A stretch of DNA of 52,253 nt. It comes from Candidatus Micrarchaeota archaeon. Lineage in GTDB: Archaea; Micrarchaeota; Micrarchaeia; CABMEP01. The translations under genes were made by a program, and so were the position numbers. This document shows, in pieces, positions 17,052 through 26,713 of the stretch. The stretch is from NCBI GenBank assembly GCA_026413625.1, contig JAOAKO010000004.1:1-52253 (forward strand), read 5' to 3'. The notes beneath the pieces were generated by a model that saw only the letters and a list, made by a program, of their open reading frames with translations, made no database searches and was not told the DNA's origin. Every line of letters starts with the position of its first letter. Positions within the stretch are counted from its first letter, which is position 1.

Positions 17052-18749
17052 ATGGATATAAGAGAAATCGCATTGAAATGGGCCTTAAAAAATGCTTTTG
17101 ACTATGGAAAGGCAGATGTAGGCGCAGTTGTAGGTAAGGTAATTGCAGAATATCCCGATATTAAGAAAGATATGAAATCAGCGATGCAAATAATAAATTC
17201 GGTTATCCAATTCGTAAATTCAATGCCAAGAGAAGAAATAGAACAGCATATTTCAAAATATAGTTTTGGGGAGAAGAAAAAAGAGGAGAAAAAAGGAGTT
17301 AATCTTCCTCCACATATAGAAGGAAAGGTAGTCACACGCTTTGCGCCAGAGCCTTCTGGTTATTTGCACATAGGACACGCAAAGGCATGCCTTATAAGTT
17401 GGCAGGGTGCTAGAGAGCAAAATGGCAAATTTATACTTAGGATAGATGATACCAATCCGTCTTTGGCAAAACAAGAATTTGTAAATGCGCTCAAAGAGGA
17501 TTTGAAATGGCTCGGTGTAGATTGGGATGTGGAATGCTTTACTTCAGATTTCATGGATATGTTTTACAAATACGCTTTTGATCTAATAAAAATGGACAAG
17601 GCATACGTCTGCGAATGCAACGGAGATACAATAAAAATAAATCGAGAAGAAAGAAGAGAATGCCCTTGTAGAAATAAGCCAATCATAAAAAACATTAAAG
17701 ATTTAGAAAAAATGATAAACGGGGGCTTTAATGAAGGAGAAGCAGTTTTAAGATATAAGGGAAGCATGTCTGCTCTAAATACAGTTATGAGAGATCCAAC
17801 TCTTATTAGAATAGTCAATGAGCCGCATTTCAGGCAGGAAGACAAATATGTTGCATGGCCTTCATATGATTTTGTCACTCCAATTCTTGATTCGATTCAA
17901 GGAGTCACTCATGCGGTCAGGTCAAAAGAGTACGAACTAAGGGATGAACTTTACTATTCTTTGATAAAAGACTTTGGACTGAGGCAGCCGCTTATCATAT
18001 CAATTTCAAGGCTTGTTATAAAGAACAATACTACTCAAAAAAGAGTTATAAGAAAGTTGGTGCAGGAAGGAGTTATAAGTGGCTGGGATGACCCAAGGCT
18101 TCTCACTATGAAGGCAATAAGGCGAAGGGGAATAAGGCCTGAAGCCCTTCGAGAATTTGCCCTATCCTTTGGAGTTAGCAAATCGGAATCAAAAGACGCA
18201 ACGCTCGAACAGCTGCTTCACAAAAATAAGCAGATACTCGATCCAGTTTCAAAAAGGCTGCACTTTGTAAGCCAGCCGGCGATCGTATGGATTAAAGGAT
18301 TTAAATCGCAGACAAATCTTCCATTTCACCAAGAAAAAGATCTGGGTGCAAGACAACTTTTTGTAAACGAGAAGATTTATCTTGAAAAAAGCGACATTGT
18401 AATAGGGGAAGAGATTAGGCTGAAAGACCTGTGCAATATAAAAATAATATCAAAAATTAGTGAAGGGGAGATTGAGATGTATGAGGCGATCAAAACCGAA
18501 TCCGATCGAATACCTGAGAAAAAGATACAATGGGTTCCGGTAGATTCCGCAGTCAAAGTTAGGGTTGAAAAACCATTAGACCTTCTTGATGGAGAAGTTC
18601 CGGCTAAGGTAAGTATGCAAATTGATGAGGGTTTTGCAGAATCGTATGTTAAAGAATTGCAGAAGGGAGAGGTAGTGCAATTTATTAGATACGGTTACGT
18701 AATAAAAGACAGGGAAGAAAATATGCCGGTATTTATATTCACTTCCTGA
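17052..18749 (+). CDS. gltX: Glutamate--tRNA ligase (archaeal type)
   Basis: RFAPEPSGYLHIGH, GWDDPRL.T, QF.RYGY; archaeal N-terminal AL.NA domain. Confidence 0.96.
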   Translation: MDIREIALKWALKNAFDYGKADVGAVVGKVIAEYPDIKKDMKSAMQIINSVIQFVNSMPREEIEQHISKYSFGEKKKEEKKGVNLPPHIEGKVVTRFAPEPSGYLHIGHAKACLISWQGAREQNGKFILRIDDTNPSLAKQEFVNALKEDLKWLGVDWDVECFTSDFMDMFYKYAFDLIKMDKAYVCECNGDTIKINREERRECPCRNKPIIKNIKDLEKMINGGFNEGEAVLRYKGSMSALNTVMRDPTLIRIVNEPHFRQEDKYVAWPSYDFVTPILDSIQGVTHAVRSKEYELRDELYYSLIKDFGLRQPLIISISRLVIKNNTTQKRVIRKLVQEGVISGWDDPRLLTMKAIRRRGIRPEALREFALSFGVSKSESKDATLEQLLHKNKQILDPVSKRLHFVSQPAIVWIKGFKSQTNLPFHQEKDLGARQLFVNEKIYLEKSDIVIGEEIRLKDLCNIKIISKISEGEIEMYEAIKTESDRIPEKKIQWVPVDSAVKVRVEKPLDLLDGEVPAKVSMQIDEGFAESYVKELQKGEVVQFIRYGYVIKDREENMPVFIFTS

Positions 18750-18769
18750 TTGCTAATGCAGTGATGCTA

Positions 18770-19660
18770 ATGATGCGCTTAGTTGTTTTAGGTTCTGGCG
18801 CGGCGGTTCCGTCTCCAGAAAGGAATCTTACATCAATAGCTTTAAGGTACGAAGGAGACGTATTCCTTTTCGATTGTGGCGAAGGTACACAACGCCAGAT
18901 GATGAAATATAAAATAAGCTATTCAAAGGTAAGAATGATACTAATTTCCCATTTGCACGGGGACCACATTTTCGGTATACCTGGGTTGCTGTATACTCTT
19001 TCGATAGAAGAAAATAAAAGAAAGGAGCCATTGCTTATAGCCGGCCCAAAGGGAACAGAAAAAAGAATAAGAGAATTGGTATCAAAGGATATTCCATTTC
19101 TTAAAATTGAAGAAATAGATGAAGGGTGGAACATAGATCTTGGCAGTGCGGTTATCTATGCATTTAGAACAAATCATTCAAACAATGGAGTGTCATTGGG
19201 TTATGTATTCGAAGAGAAAGAAACACTGAGATTTGACAAAGAGAAATGCGAAAAATTAGGTATTAAAGGAAAAATGTTCAAAATTATTGAGAGCGAAGGA
19301 TACATAAAATTAGGTAAGAAAACGGTGAAGATGGAAGAAATTACATACAAGAAAAAAGGTAAAAAAATCGTTATAACTGGAGATACTGCCTATTCTGAAA
19401 ATACTATTAAACATGCAAGTGGTTCCGACATTCTTTTCCACGAAGCAACTTTTATGGAAGACATGAGAGATAAGGCTGACGAAGATTTTCATTCGACAGT
19501 GATGGATGCGGCCACAGTTGCTAATAAAGCAAGAGTCAAAAAACTTGTTTTGTATCACATCGGCAACAGATATAAAGACGACAAAGAAATAGAAGACGAG
19601 GCAAAGAAAATATTTGAAAATACGGTAGTGGCAAAAGACGGACTTGAGATTCACTTATAA
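18770..19660 (+). CDS. rnz: Ribonuclease Z
   Basis: LGSG..VP...RN, FDCGEGTQ, SHLHGDH, GDT, HEATF, HST. Confidence 0.95.
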   Translation: MMRLVVLGSGAAVPSPERNLTSIALRYEGDVFLFDCGEGTQRQMMKYKISYSKVRMILISHLHGDHIFGIPGLLYTLSIEENKRKEPLLIAGPKGTEKRIRELVSKDIPFLKIEEIDEGWNIDLGSAVIYAFRTNHSNNGVSLGYVFEEKETLRFDKEKCEKLGIKGKMFKIIESEGYIKLGKKTVKMEEITYKKKGKKIVITGDTAYSENTIKHASGSDILFHEATFMEDMRDKADEDFHSTVMDAATVANKARVKKLVLYHIGNRYKDDKEIEDEAKKIFENTVVAKDGLEIHL

Positions 19661-19685
19661 TAAAAAATAAAAAAGATAAAATAAC

Positions 19686-20060
19686 TTATGCTGCAGGCTT
19701 TGTCGGTTCTTTTACAATCTCTATTTTTGCCCGCAATGCTCGCAAAACACCAGCTGCCCTCACTCTGTTAAAGTTTGCTATCTCATTCAAAACATCGTCG
19801 CTTACGTCATCAGGAAGTTTTTTTTCCTTTTTCCACAATTGCTGCCCTTTCTTCGCATCAGCAGTGTCCGCAAGAATGGTTCCCTTGATTGTCATGCTCC
19901 CGGATTTTTGTTTGTATTCCACATAAAACGTATACTTTATTTCAAGCTGGTTGTTTTTTGCCTTGACGCTATTGAGCTTTATAGTTATATTTCCTCCTTC
20001 TTCGAGCTTTTCCTTATCCTGTCTGAATTCAAAGTAATCAATCTGGTGTTCGCTGATCAT
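19686..20060 (-). CDS. Conserved hypothetical protein (beta-sheet plus C-terminal helix)
   Basis: Clean ORF; ATG 20060 behind GTGA; probably co-transcribed with the upstream Zn-ribbon gene. Confidence 0.7.
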   Translation of the reverse strand: MISEHQIDYFEFRQDKEKLEEGGNITIKLNSVKAKNNQLEIKYTFYVEYKQKSGSMTIKGTILADTADAKKGQQLWKKEKKLPDDVSDDVLNEIANFNRVRAAGVLRALRAKIEIVKEPTKPAA

Positions 20061-20085
20061 CGCAATCACACATTTTTAATTCGAT

Positions 20086-20241
20086 TTATGCCTTAACAAA
20101 TTTGAATACTTTTCCACCGCATGATGGGCAAGTTCCTACAAGCTGTGCTCTCTCGCCAGTCTTTGTCTTTAATGTCTTCTTTTCAAATTTATCCACTTGA
20201 ACCTTTTTTCTGCATTTCATACAGTAAAATTCTTCTGCCAT
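20086..20241 (-). CDS. Small basic Zn-ribbon protein, DUF5679-like (absent from the ORF track)
   Basis: Manual translation MAEEFYCMKCRKKVQVDKFEKKTLKTKTGERAQLVGTCPSCGGKVFKFVKA; strong SD AAGGAGG. Confidence 0.85.
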   Translation of the reverse strand: MAEEFYCMKCRKKVQVDKFEKKTLKTKTGERAQLVGTCPSCGGKVFKFVKA

Positions 20242-20309
20242 ATCGATCCCTCCTTTCGTCTTTGCTAGATTGAAAGCATTAGACGTTAATATAATTAAAA
20301 ACCAATCGT

Positions 20310-20975
20310 TTAGATTCTTATAGAGTCATCAGGTTTCATGATAATTACTTTTCCGCGCGTTACTCTTCTTGCAAAGTCATTTACATCTTGAGTTATACGC
20401 TCAAACGTATTGTAATGAATGGGAATTATGTATTTGGCTCTAAATAATTTTGTGGCGTTTGCAGCATCGAGCACATCCATCGTATAGCTCCCGCCTATCG
20501 GAATCAATGCATAGTCGATATCCAATTGCATCATTTCATTGAATTGATACGTGTCTCCAGCATGATATATTTTGACCTTATCGTTGATTATGTATCCTAC
20601 GGGATATCTCGATTGCGGATGTGAGGCTTTGACTACAGTTATGTCAATCCCTCTTATTTGAAAATTGTCGCCTATTTCGACAGCGATTTTTTGCCTTTCG
20701 TTTATTTCTATCGCACTTACTGCCGGCTTAGGTCCGATTACTATTGCATTGGTTCTTTCTGCTAGTTCTTTAATGATTATCGGATCGCAATGGTCTCTAT
20801 GTTCATGCGTGATTAGAATCAAGTCCGCCTTCTTTATAAGATGCGGTTTTAATACAGGTATTTTTATGTTTTCAGGTATTCCGCTTCCGAAAAATGGATC
20901 TATAAGAATTGCAGTATCGTGCAGCAGTATTTCAAAACCAGAATGTCCAAGATATCTTATGTAATCCATTCGCAT
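20310..20975 (-). CDS. MBL-fold metallo-hydrolase (UPF0173/UlaG-like)
   Basis: YLGHS.F, IDPF, THEHRDH, YHAGDT, PIGG..TM, PIHY.TF. Confidence 0.92.
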   Translation of the reverse strand: MRMDYIRYLGHSGFEILLHDTAILIDPFFGSGIPENIKIPVLKPHLIKKADLILITHEHRDHCDPIIIKELAERTNAIVIGPKPAVSAIEINERQKIAVEIGDNFQIRGIDITVVKASHPQSRYPVGYIINDKVKIYHAGDTYQFNEMMQLDIDYALIPIGGSYTMDVLDAANATKLFRAKYIIPIHYNTFERITQDVNDFARRVTRGKVIIMKPDDSIRI

Positions 20976-21062
20976 CCCCTAAATAATTTACTGCCTTTGG
21001 TTTATCATACTAGATACATATGTAACGTTTGTATTTAAAATCCTACGTTATAATATACATTT

Positions 21063-21878
21063 ATGGGAAAGATTAATAGATATTTATATATTTTACTTTT
21101 TTCATTCCTTTTGCTTCCGCCAGCGTATGCTGGATTTACAAGAACTTTCATGACGATGCAGATAGTGGTTAATGAAGATGGAAGCGCCACTATACGAAAT
21201 GACATAAGATTTTACATGGATTCGCCCGATTCAATAGACCTATATAAGCTTTCACTTAAGACAACTAACGACATAGCAGGATGGAGACAAAGACTAGGGC
21301 TGAATGACATAAGATATTATGTAGATACAGCGAAGGTTCAGATAGAAAAGGTAACAATTCAGGCGTATTCGCCAGACACATGTAATTTTGACCAGACCGC
21401 ATGCTACGGAACTCTTTCTTACGAATATAAAATTAAACCCCCGACAAATGCAACAGGATTGGTCAAGATAGAAAAATACATCAAACCTAGAGTTATACGT
21501 TACAGTCTAAATACAGACTATCTATCATTTGAGACATCGGCTGTTGGGGAGAAATTCATTCCTGAAAGAACATCTGTTGAGATAGTCATTCCCCAGGATT
21601 CGATAAATGTAAAAATGTCTCCAATGCCTGTTGAATATATAGAGACCATTCCACGCGGAGCAAATAAGTTCACTTGGCAGGGAAGACTTGTTTTGACAAA
21701 TTCTGAATTAATCTTTGAGAGAAAAGTTTCCCTAATGACTGAATTAGTGGAGTTCTTCAATGCTCTATTCTCGACAGTTGTAACGTGGGTATTTTCATTA
21801 CAAGGAATTATCATTTTAGTCTCCATAGTGATGATCTGGGTTGGGTATTATCTTTTGAAGCAGCAGTCAAAAAAGTAA
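21063..21878 (+). CDS. Exported protein with signal peptide and C-terminal TM anchor
   Basis: N-terminal signal ending AYA, beta-rich body, C-terminal hydrophobic helix with basic tail. Confidence 0.75.
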   Translation: MGKINRYLYILLFSFLLLPPAYAGFTRTFMTMQIVVNEDGSATIRNDIRFYMDSPDSIDLYKLSLKTTNDIAGWRQRLGLNDIRYYVDTAKVQIEKVTIQAYSPDTCNFDQTACYGTLSYEYKIKPPTNATGLVKIEKYIKPRVIRYSLNTDYLSFETSAVGEKFIPERTSVEIVIPQDSINVKMSPMPVEYIETIPRGANKFTWQGRLVLTNSELIFERKVSLMTELVEFFNALFSTVVTWVFSLQGIIILVSIVMIWVGYYLLKQQSKK

Positions 21879-21887
21879 GGTGACAAG

Positions 21888-23333
21888 ATGAAAAAAGAAA
21901 CAATAGACTTAGATTCCCTTCATCAACACGACATTAAGCTTCTTACTGCACTTAGGAAAGAGAAAGAGGATATCGAATCAATAGCTAAACGATTAGGCCT
22001 AAGCAAGGATGCCCTAATAAGGTCTGCATTTGTGCTTAAGGATCTGGGTTTAGTTGATATAGTTGAGGAGGCAAAAGTAAGGTATGTTATTACGGGCGAA
22101 GGAAACAAAAATCTCAGAGAAGGATTTCCAGAGGAGAGGCTTCTCAGCAAAGACGGAACTCCAGTTTCTTCGCTTAGCGAAGAGGAAAGAAGGATAGGCT
22201 TGCAATGGGCGATGAAGAACGGATGGGTTAGGATTGCGGAAGGAAAAATAAAAATACTCTCAAGGCCGGAAAAATACGATCTGAGGGAAAAATTGAAGGC
22301 AATCGAAGAAGGAAGGGACGTAGACAAGGAAACAGTCAAACTTCTCCTTCAAAGAAAGAACATAGAGGAGACAGCTACAAAGAAATTCTTCGTTAGAATT
22401 ACCGATTTAGGAATGGAAACAGCTCCATCAGTGATGGACAGGTTGGACAAAGAGGAAATAAATGAGCTAACCCATTCTTTGATTACTTCTGGAAAATGGA
22501 GAAACGCAACATTCAGAAAATACAATTTAAGACTTAAGATTGAAAGGGCGAGAAAAGGAGCATACCACCCTGTAAACGAGTATATCAGACAAATAAGAGA
22601 GGTATTTGTAAGCATGGGCTTCGAAGAAATGACTGGCCCTGAAGTGGATTCCGCATTTTGGGACTTTGATGCCTTATTCACCCCGCAGGATCATCCAGCA
22701 AGAGAGCTTCAAGACACTTTTTATCTAGAAAATCCTGAGAAATTTGAGTATCCTGAAGATGTTGCGGAGAGGGTAAAGGAGATTCAGGAAAAGGCATGGA
22801 AATATAAGTGGGACCCAGAGATTCCAAGGCAGGCAGTTCTCAGAACACATACAACCACCCTCTCGGCGCATACGCTCGTTTCATTAAGGAAAGGGAAGAG
22901 AAGCAAGCCAGGAAAGTTTTTTGCGATCGGAAGGGTTTACAGAAATGAGGCAACAGACTTTAAGCATCTTGCAGAATTCTATCAAATAGAGGGAATTGTC
23001 GCATGGAAGAAGGCAACATTTAGGGACCTGCTCGGAGTCTTAAGCGCTTTCTATGAGAAGCAGGGGATAAAGATAAGATTCAGACCGCATTACTTCCCAT
23101 ACACAGAACCTTCTGTAGAGATTGACAGGTGGGATGAAAAAAGAAACCAATGGATAGAATTGGCGGGCGCAGGCATACTAAGGCCAGAGGTTTCATTGCC
23201 TCTGTGGGGTTCTTATCCTGTTCTTGCGTGGGGCATGTCTTTGGAAAGGCCTCTCATGAACCGCCTAAACCTTAAAGACATTAGAATACCATATCAAAAT
23301 GACATATATTGGATAGCTGATTCACAGATATGA
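21888..23333 (+). CDS. pheS: Phenylalanine--tRNA ligase alpha subunit
   Basis: FWDFDALF.PQDHPARE.QDTF, RTHTT, YRNE..D..HLAEF.Q, FPYTEPS. Confidence 0.97.
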   Translation: MKKETIDLDSLHQHDIKLLTALRKEKEDIESIAKRLGLSKDALIRSAFVLKDLGLVDIVEEAKVRYVITGEGNKNLREGFPEERLLSKDGTPVSSLSEEERRIGLQWAMKNGWVRIAEGKIKILSRPEKYDLREKLKAIEEGRDVDKETVKLLLQRKNIEETATKKFFVRITDLGMETAPSVMDRLDKEEINELTHSLITSGKWRNATFRKYNLRLKIERARKGAYHPVNEYIRQIREVFVSMGFEEMTGPEVDSAFWDFDALFTPQDHPARELQDTFYLENPEKFEYPEDVAERVKEIQEKAWKYKWDPEIPRQAVLRTHTTTLSAHTLVSLRKGKRSKPGKFFAIGRVYRNEATDFKHLAEFYQIEGIVAWKKATFRDLLGVLSAFYEKQGIKIRFRPHYFPYTEPSVEIDRWDEKRNQWIELAGAGILRPEVSLPLWGSYPVLAWGMSLERPLMNRLNLKDIRIPYQNDIYWIADSQI

Positions 23334-23342
23334 CGTGGTCTT

Positions 23343-25025
23343 ATGGCAACAATTTCATTCAAGAAAAAAGAAATTGAAAAATTCATAGGAAAGGAAGTGC
23401 CTGCAGAACAGATAGCGCATGCATTTGAAATGCTAGGCATGCCTGTCGATAAGTGTGACGAGGATGAGATTGTGGCAGACATAACCAACGACAGGGTCGA
23501 TATGTTTACTGTGGAAGGCGCTGGAAGGGCGATAGGCCAGTTCCTAGAAATTATTAAGCCAAGGGACTACGCCCTTTCTAAATCAAACCTAGTATTGCAT
23601 GTAGAGAATGTAGAGGTCAGGCCTTATATAGTTGCATTCGTAGCTAAAAACGTTAAGCTTGACGATGAGATGATACGCTCGTTGATAATGGCCCAGGAAA
23701 AGATACACGAGACTTTTGGCAGAAAAAGAAGGAAAATTGCAATAGGAATCCATGATGCAGACAAGGTTCAGGGCCATCTTTACTACAAACAAGTCAAAGA
23801 CATCAGTTTCATTCCCCTGGATTCAGACAAAGAAATGAACATACGGGAAATATTAGACAAACATCCAAAAGGGCAGGAATATAGGCACATTTTTGAAGGA
23901 ACAAGCAACTATCCGATGTTTATGGACAGCAAAGGAGTTTTGTCTTTTCCGCCGATAATAAATTCAGAAAGAACAAGGCTAACCGGAGATACAAAGAATC
24001 TTCTTTTTGACATCACCGGCACTTCCGAGCATGCGATAAGAATAGTGGCAAACATCTTTGCGACATCACTTGCAGACAGAGGCGCGGTTATTGAGAATGT
24101 TGAACTAATGCTTCCAAATAAAGAAAAGAGAGAAAGTTTGGAGTATGGCAGGAGAGAGACGCTTTCTTTAAAATTCGCAAATAAAATTTTAGGCATAAGG
24201 CTAAAGCCTGATGAGGCTAAGCATCTCCTTGCGAGGACAGGATACAAGGCGGAGCTTACGGAGAAGAAAGACGAATTGTCTATTCACGTCCCACCTTACA
24301 GAGCCGACATCATGCACCAGGTCGATTTCGTTGAGGATATCGCGGTAGCATATGGATACGACAGATTTAAACCAAGGCTCCCGAATCTTGCAACCAACGG
24401 CTCACTATCGTCTCAATCAAAAATAGATCAAAAAATAAGAGAACTAATGGTAGCATTGGGATTCATTGAAACAAATTCATGGACTCTTACAAACGAGGAA
24501 ATGAATAAGAAGGCCCTCATAGATAAAAAGGCAGTGAAGATAAAGAATCCAAGAACTCAAGACTTTACAATGTTTAGGACAGACATTGCACCTTCACTCC
24601 TAAACATTCTTTTCGAAAACAAGACCAAAGGCCTTCCTATCCAAATTTTCGAGGTTGGAAGGGTCGCTGACGGCGAAGGAAGATGTTTTACAAATCTCTG
24701 TTGCGCGATTATGGGGGAAAAAGCAGATTTCAGCCAAATCGCAACAGTTCTATTTGAAACTAAAAGGTTTGCGAACGTTTCCGAAGTCTATCCTGACGAG
24801 TTAGAAAAGGCTAAAAAGTCGAAAAAGGAGGCAGGCTTCAGGCACTTGATAGATGGCAGGTATATCCTTATAAAAGACAACAATGACGACAGGATTTGCG
24901 GTTGGGCAGGTGAGATTCATCCTCAGGTGCTTGAAAACTTCAAGCTTGAATATCCGGTTGTTATGATGGAATTCAGGCTTCAGGCTAAAGAAGAGAAAAA
25001 AGCTAGAAAAAGAAAAGCAAATTGA
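23343..25025 (+). CDS. pheT: Phenylalanine--tRNA ligase beta subunit
   Basis: QEK.H...GRKR.K.AIG.HD, SFPPIINS, PPYRADI.H..D..EDIA.AYGY, GEIHP. Confidence 0.97.
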   Translation: MATISFKKKEIEKFIGKEVPAEQIAHAFEMLGMPVDKCDEDEIVADITNDRVDMFTVEGAGRAIGQFLEIIKPRDYALSKSNLVLHVENVEVRPYIVAFVAKNVKLDDEMIRSLIMAQEKIHETFGRKRRKIAIGIHDADKVQGHLYYKQVKDISFIPLDSDKEMNIREILDKHPKGQEYRHIFEGTSNYPMFMDSKGVLSFPPIINSERTRLTGDTKNLLFDITGTSEHAIRIVANIFATSLADRGAVIENVELMLPNKEKRESLEYGRRETLSLKFANKILGIRLKPDEAKHLLARTGYKAELTEKKDELSIHVPPYRADIMHQVDFVEDIAVAYGYDRFKPRLPNLATNGSLSSQSKIDQKIRELMVALGFIETNSWTLTNEEMNKKALIDKKAVKIKNPRTQDFTMFRTDIAPSLLNILFENKTKGLPIQIFEVGRVADGEGRCFTNLCCAIMGEKADFSQIATVLFETKRFANVSEVYPDELEKAKKSKKEAGFRHLIDGRYILIKDNNDDRICGWAGEIHPQVLENFKLEYPVVMMEFRLQAKEEKKARKRKAN

Positions 25026-25097
25026 TCAATCGTTTCTCTTTTTAATTCTTTCATGCAAGGAAGATATTTTTTAAAATATTATTGTTTAAATCATTCC

Positions 25098-25550
25098 ATG
25101 CACAAGGCAAGGAAGTTTATAATCTTACCATTGAAGAAAGAGAACGCAAAGAAAGAAATAGCGGAGATGTTAAAAGAAGCGAAGCTTCCATACCAGAAAA
25201 TAGAGGAGGAGCTTATAGGAAATTCACCAATCATATGGATAACGTCTCCAGAAGAGAAGAAAATAATATCCTTCTTCAAGAAAAAGAACATGAAAGCATT
25301 TCCTTCAAATACTTCTATTGTAAAGCTTAAGGACAAGCCTGGCGAAGTGGCAAAGATAGCAAGAATTCTTATGTCGTCAGGCCTTGAAGTTGAGGATGCA
25401 CATCTAATACTTAAAAGCAAGTCCACTGCTCTTTATGGCATAATAACAAACAAGCCTGCGGAGGCGGACAGGCTCATTCAAAAAATAGTGGCTTCCCTAC
25501 AGGAATCAGAGGATGAAGAGGAAGAACAGCCAAGATACGAGGAGTACTGA
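25098..25550 (+). CDS. ACT-domain-containing protein
   Basis: V.LKDKPGEVAKIARIL...GL.V ACT signature; acidic tail. Confidence 0.7.
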   Translation: MHKARKFIILPLKKENAKKEIAEMLKEAKLPYQKIEEELIGNSPIIWITSPEEKKIISFFKKKNMKAFPSNTSIVKLKDKPGEVAKIARILMSSGLEVEDAHLILKSKSTALYGIITNKPAEADRLIQKIVASLQESEDEEEEQPRYEEY

Positions 25551-25586
25551 AAGATCTAATGCAGACAGGTTTTAATCTGCTTTAGG

Positions 25587-26687
25587 TTACTGCTTAGCTG
25601 TTTTGATTTTTATTCCATCTTTAGTCAGTTCAAGATTATTTTTCTTAAGGAATTCTTCCATTTCTTGCTTGTTTCCTTTTTTCCTTATCTCTTTATATTG
25701 CTCTATGATCTTTGTCACTTCATGTCCGTGCTGGATTATCCATTCACCTTTCCTTTTTTCTTCTTCTATCTGGGATTCGAGATTCTTCATTCTCTCTTCC
25801 TGATGCTTTAATCTGTCAAGAAGCTTTTCCATTCGTTTTCCTTTTTCCTTTTCTTTCGCTAGATTCTCTTTCTTAGTGTAGGATTGCAAAAGTTCATTAG
25901 ACATGCTTGTTTCTTTCCATCCCGAAAGCCTCCTAAGCATCTGTTCGTCAGCCAAAAAAACTTCATTTTGATAGGAAATCGGCTTTGCGTTTGATTCTGT
26001 TACATCTTTATAAAATCCATCTATTCTCTTAGCAATCTCTTTTCTTTTGTCATCTTTGAGTTCGCTAACTTTTTTCTTTGGATCCAATCCTTCGGATTCA
26101 AATATCTTATTTACATAGAATGCAGGGAAAGACACTCTTTTTGTTATCGCAACCACTATCTTTTCATTTTGCATTTCCTTATCGTTTAAAGCCTCCAATA
26201 TGGTTTCAAATTTAACTCCTTTTTTCTCATTTTTTGGAGGAGCATAGACGGCGCCTATTTCAAGAGCGCGGTCCCTTTCGGCTATCCTGCTCTTAAGGTT
26301 CTTTATTTTTCCCTCTGAAATCAAAATAACATTTCCCTTTTTTGTGCATTCCAATATCAATGAAGCGGAATCAAATTCCAGTTCTATTATCCTATCGTTG
26401 TTAAGCTGCTTCACTGACTTTAAAAGCCTATTCAAAAGCAGATTTTTTACTGAGCTCGCAAAGGGGGTATTCTCCGCTTCAGTCTTTTCGCTTTCCCGTA
26501 AAAAGAGATATTCTGGAGGAAAGAATACAACGTCCTTTTTACCGATCTTTGTCTTAAATTTAATTATTATTCTTTCCCCTAAATCATAGAATTGATCAAG
26601 CCTTGCCTGATTCTGAACGAGCTCTCTTTCCATATCTTTGGCAATCCAAAGAATGTCAAGATTAGTGAGCTCCCTCTGGCTTTCCAT
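25587..26687 (-). CDS. NFACT/RqcH (NEMF/FbpA)-family protein, short form
   Basis: LTNLDI..., F...K..L....L.SV.Q..NDRIIEL.F, LILE....GNVIL, R....G..Y.PP, then coiled coil. Confidence 0.8.
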   Translation of the reverse strand: MESQRELTNLDILWIAKDMERELVQNQARLDQFYDLGERIIIKFKTKIGKKDVVFFPPEYLFLRESEKTEAENTPFASSVKNLLLNRLLKSVKQLNNDRIIELEFDSASLILECTKKGNVILISEGKIKNLKSRIAERDRALEIGAVYAPPKNEKKGVKFETILEALNDKEMQNEKIVVAITKRVSFPAFYVNKIFESEGLDPKKKVSELKDDKRKEIAKRIDGFYKDVTESNAKPISYQNEVFLADEQMLRRLSGWKETSMSNELLQSYTKKENLAKEKEKGKRMEKLLDRLKHQEERMKNLESQIEEEKRKGEWIIQHGHEVTKIIEQYKEIRKKGNKQEMEEFLKKNNLELTKDGIKIKTAKQ

Positions 26688-26713
26688 TTTCTCTCCTTGA
26701 ATATAAAGAACAC

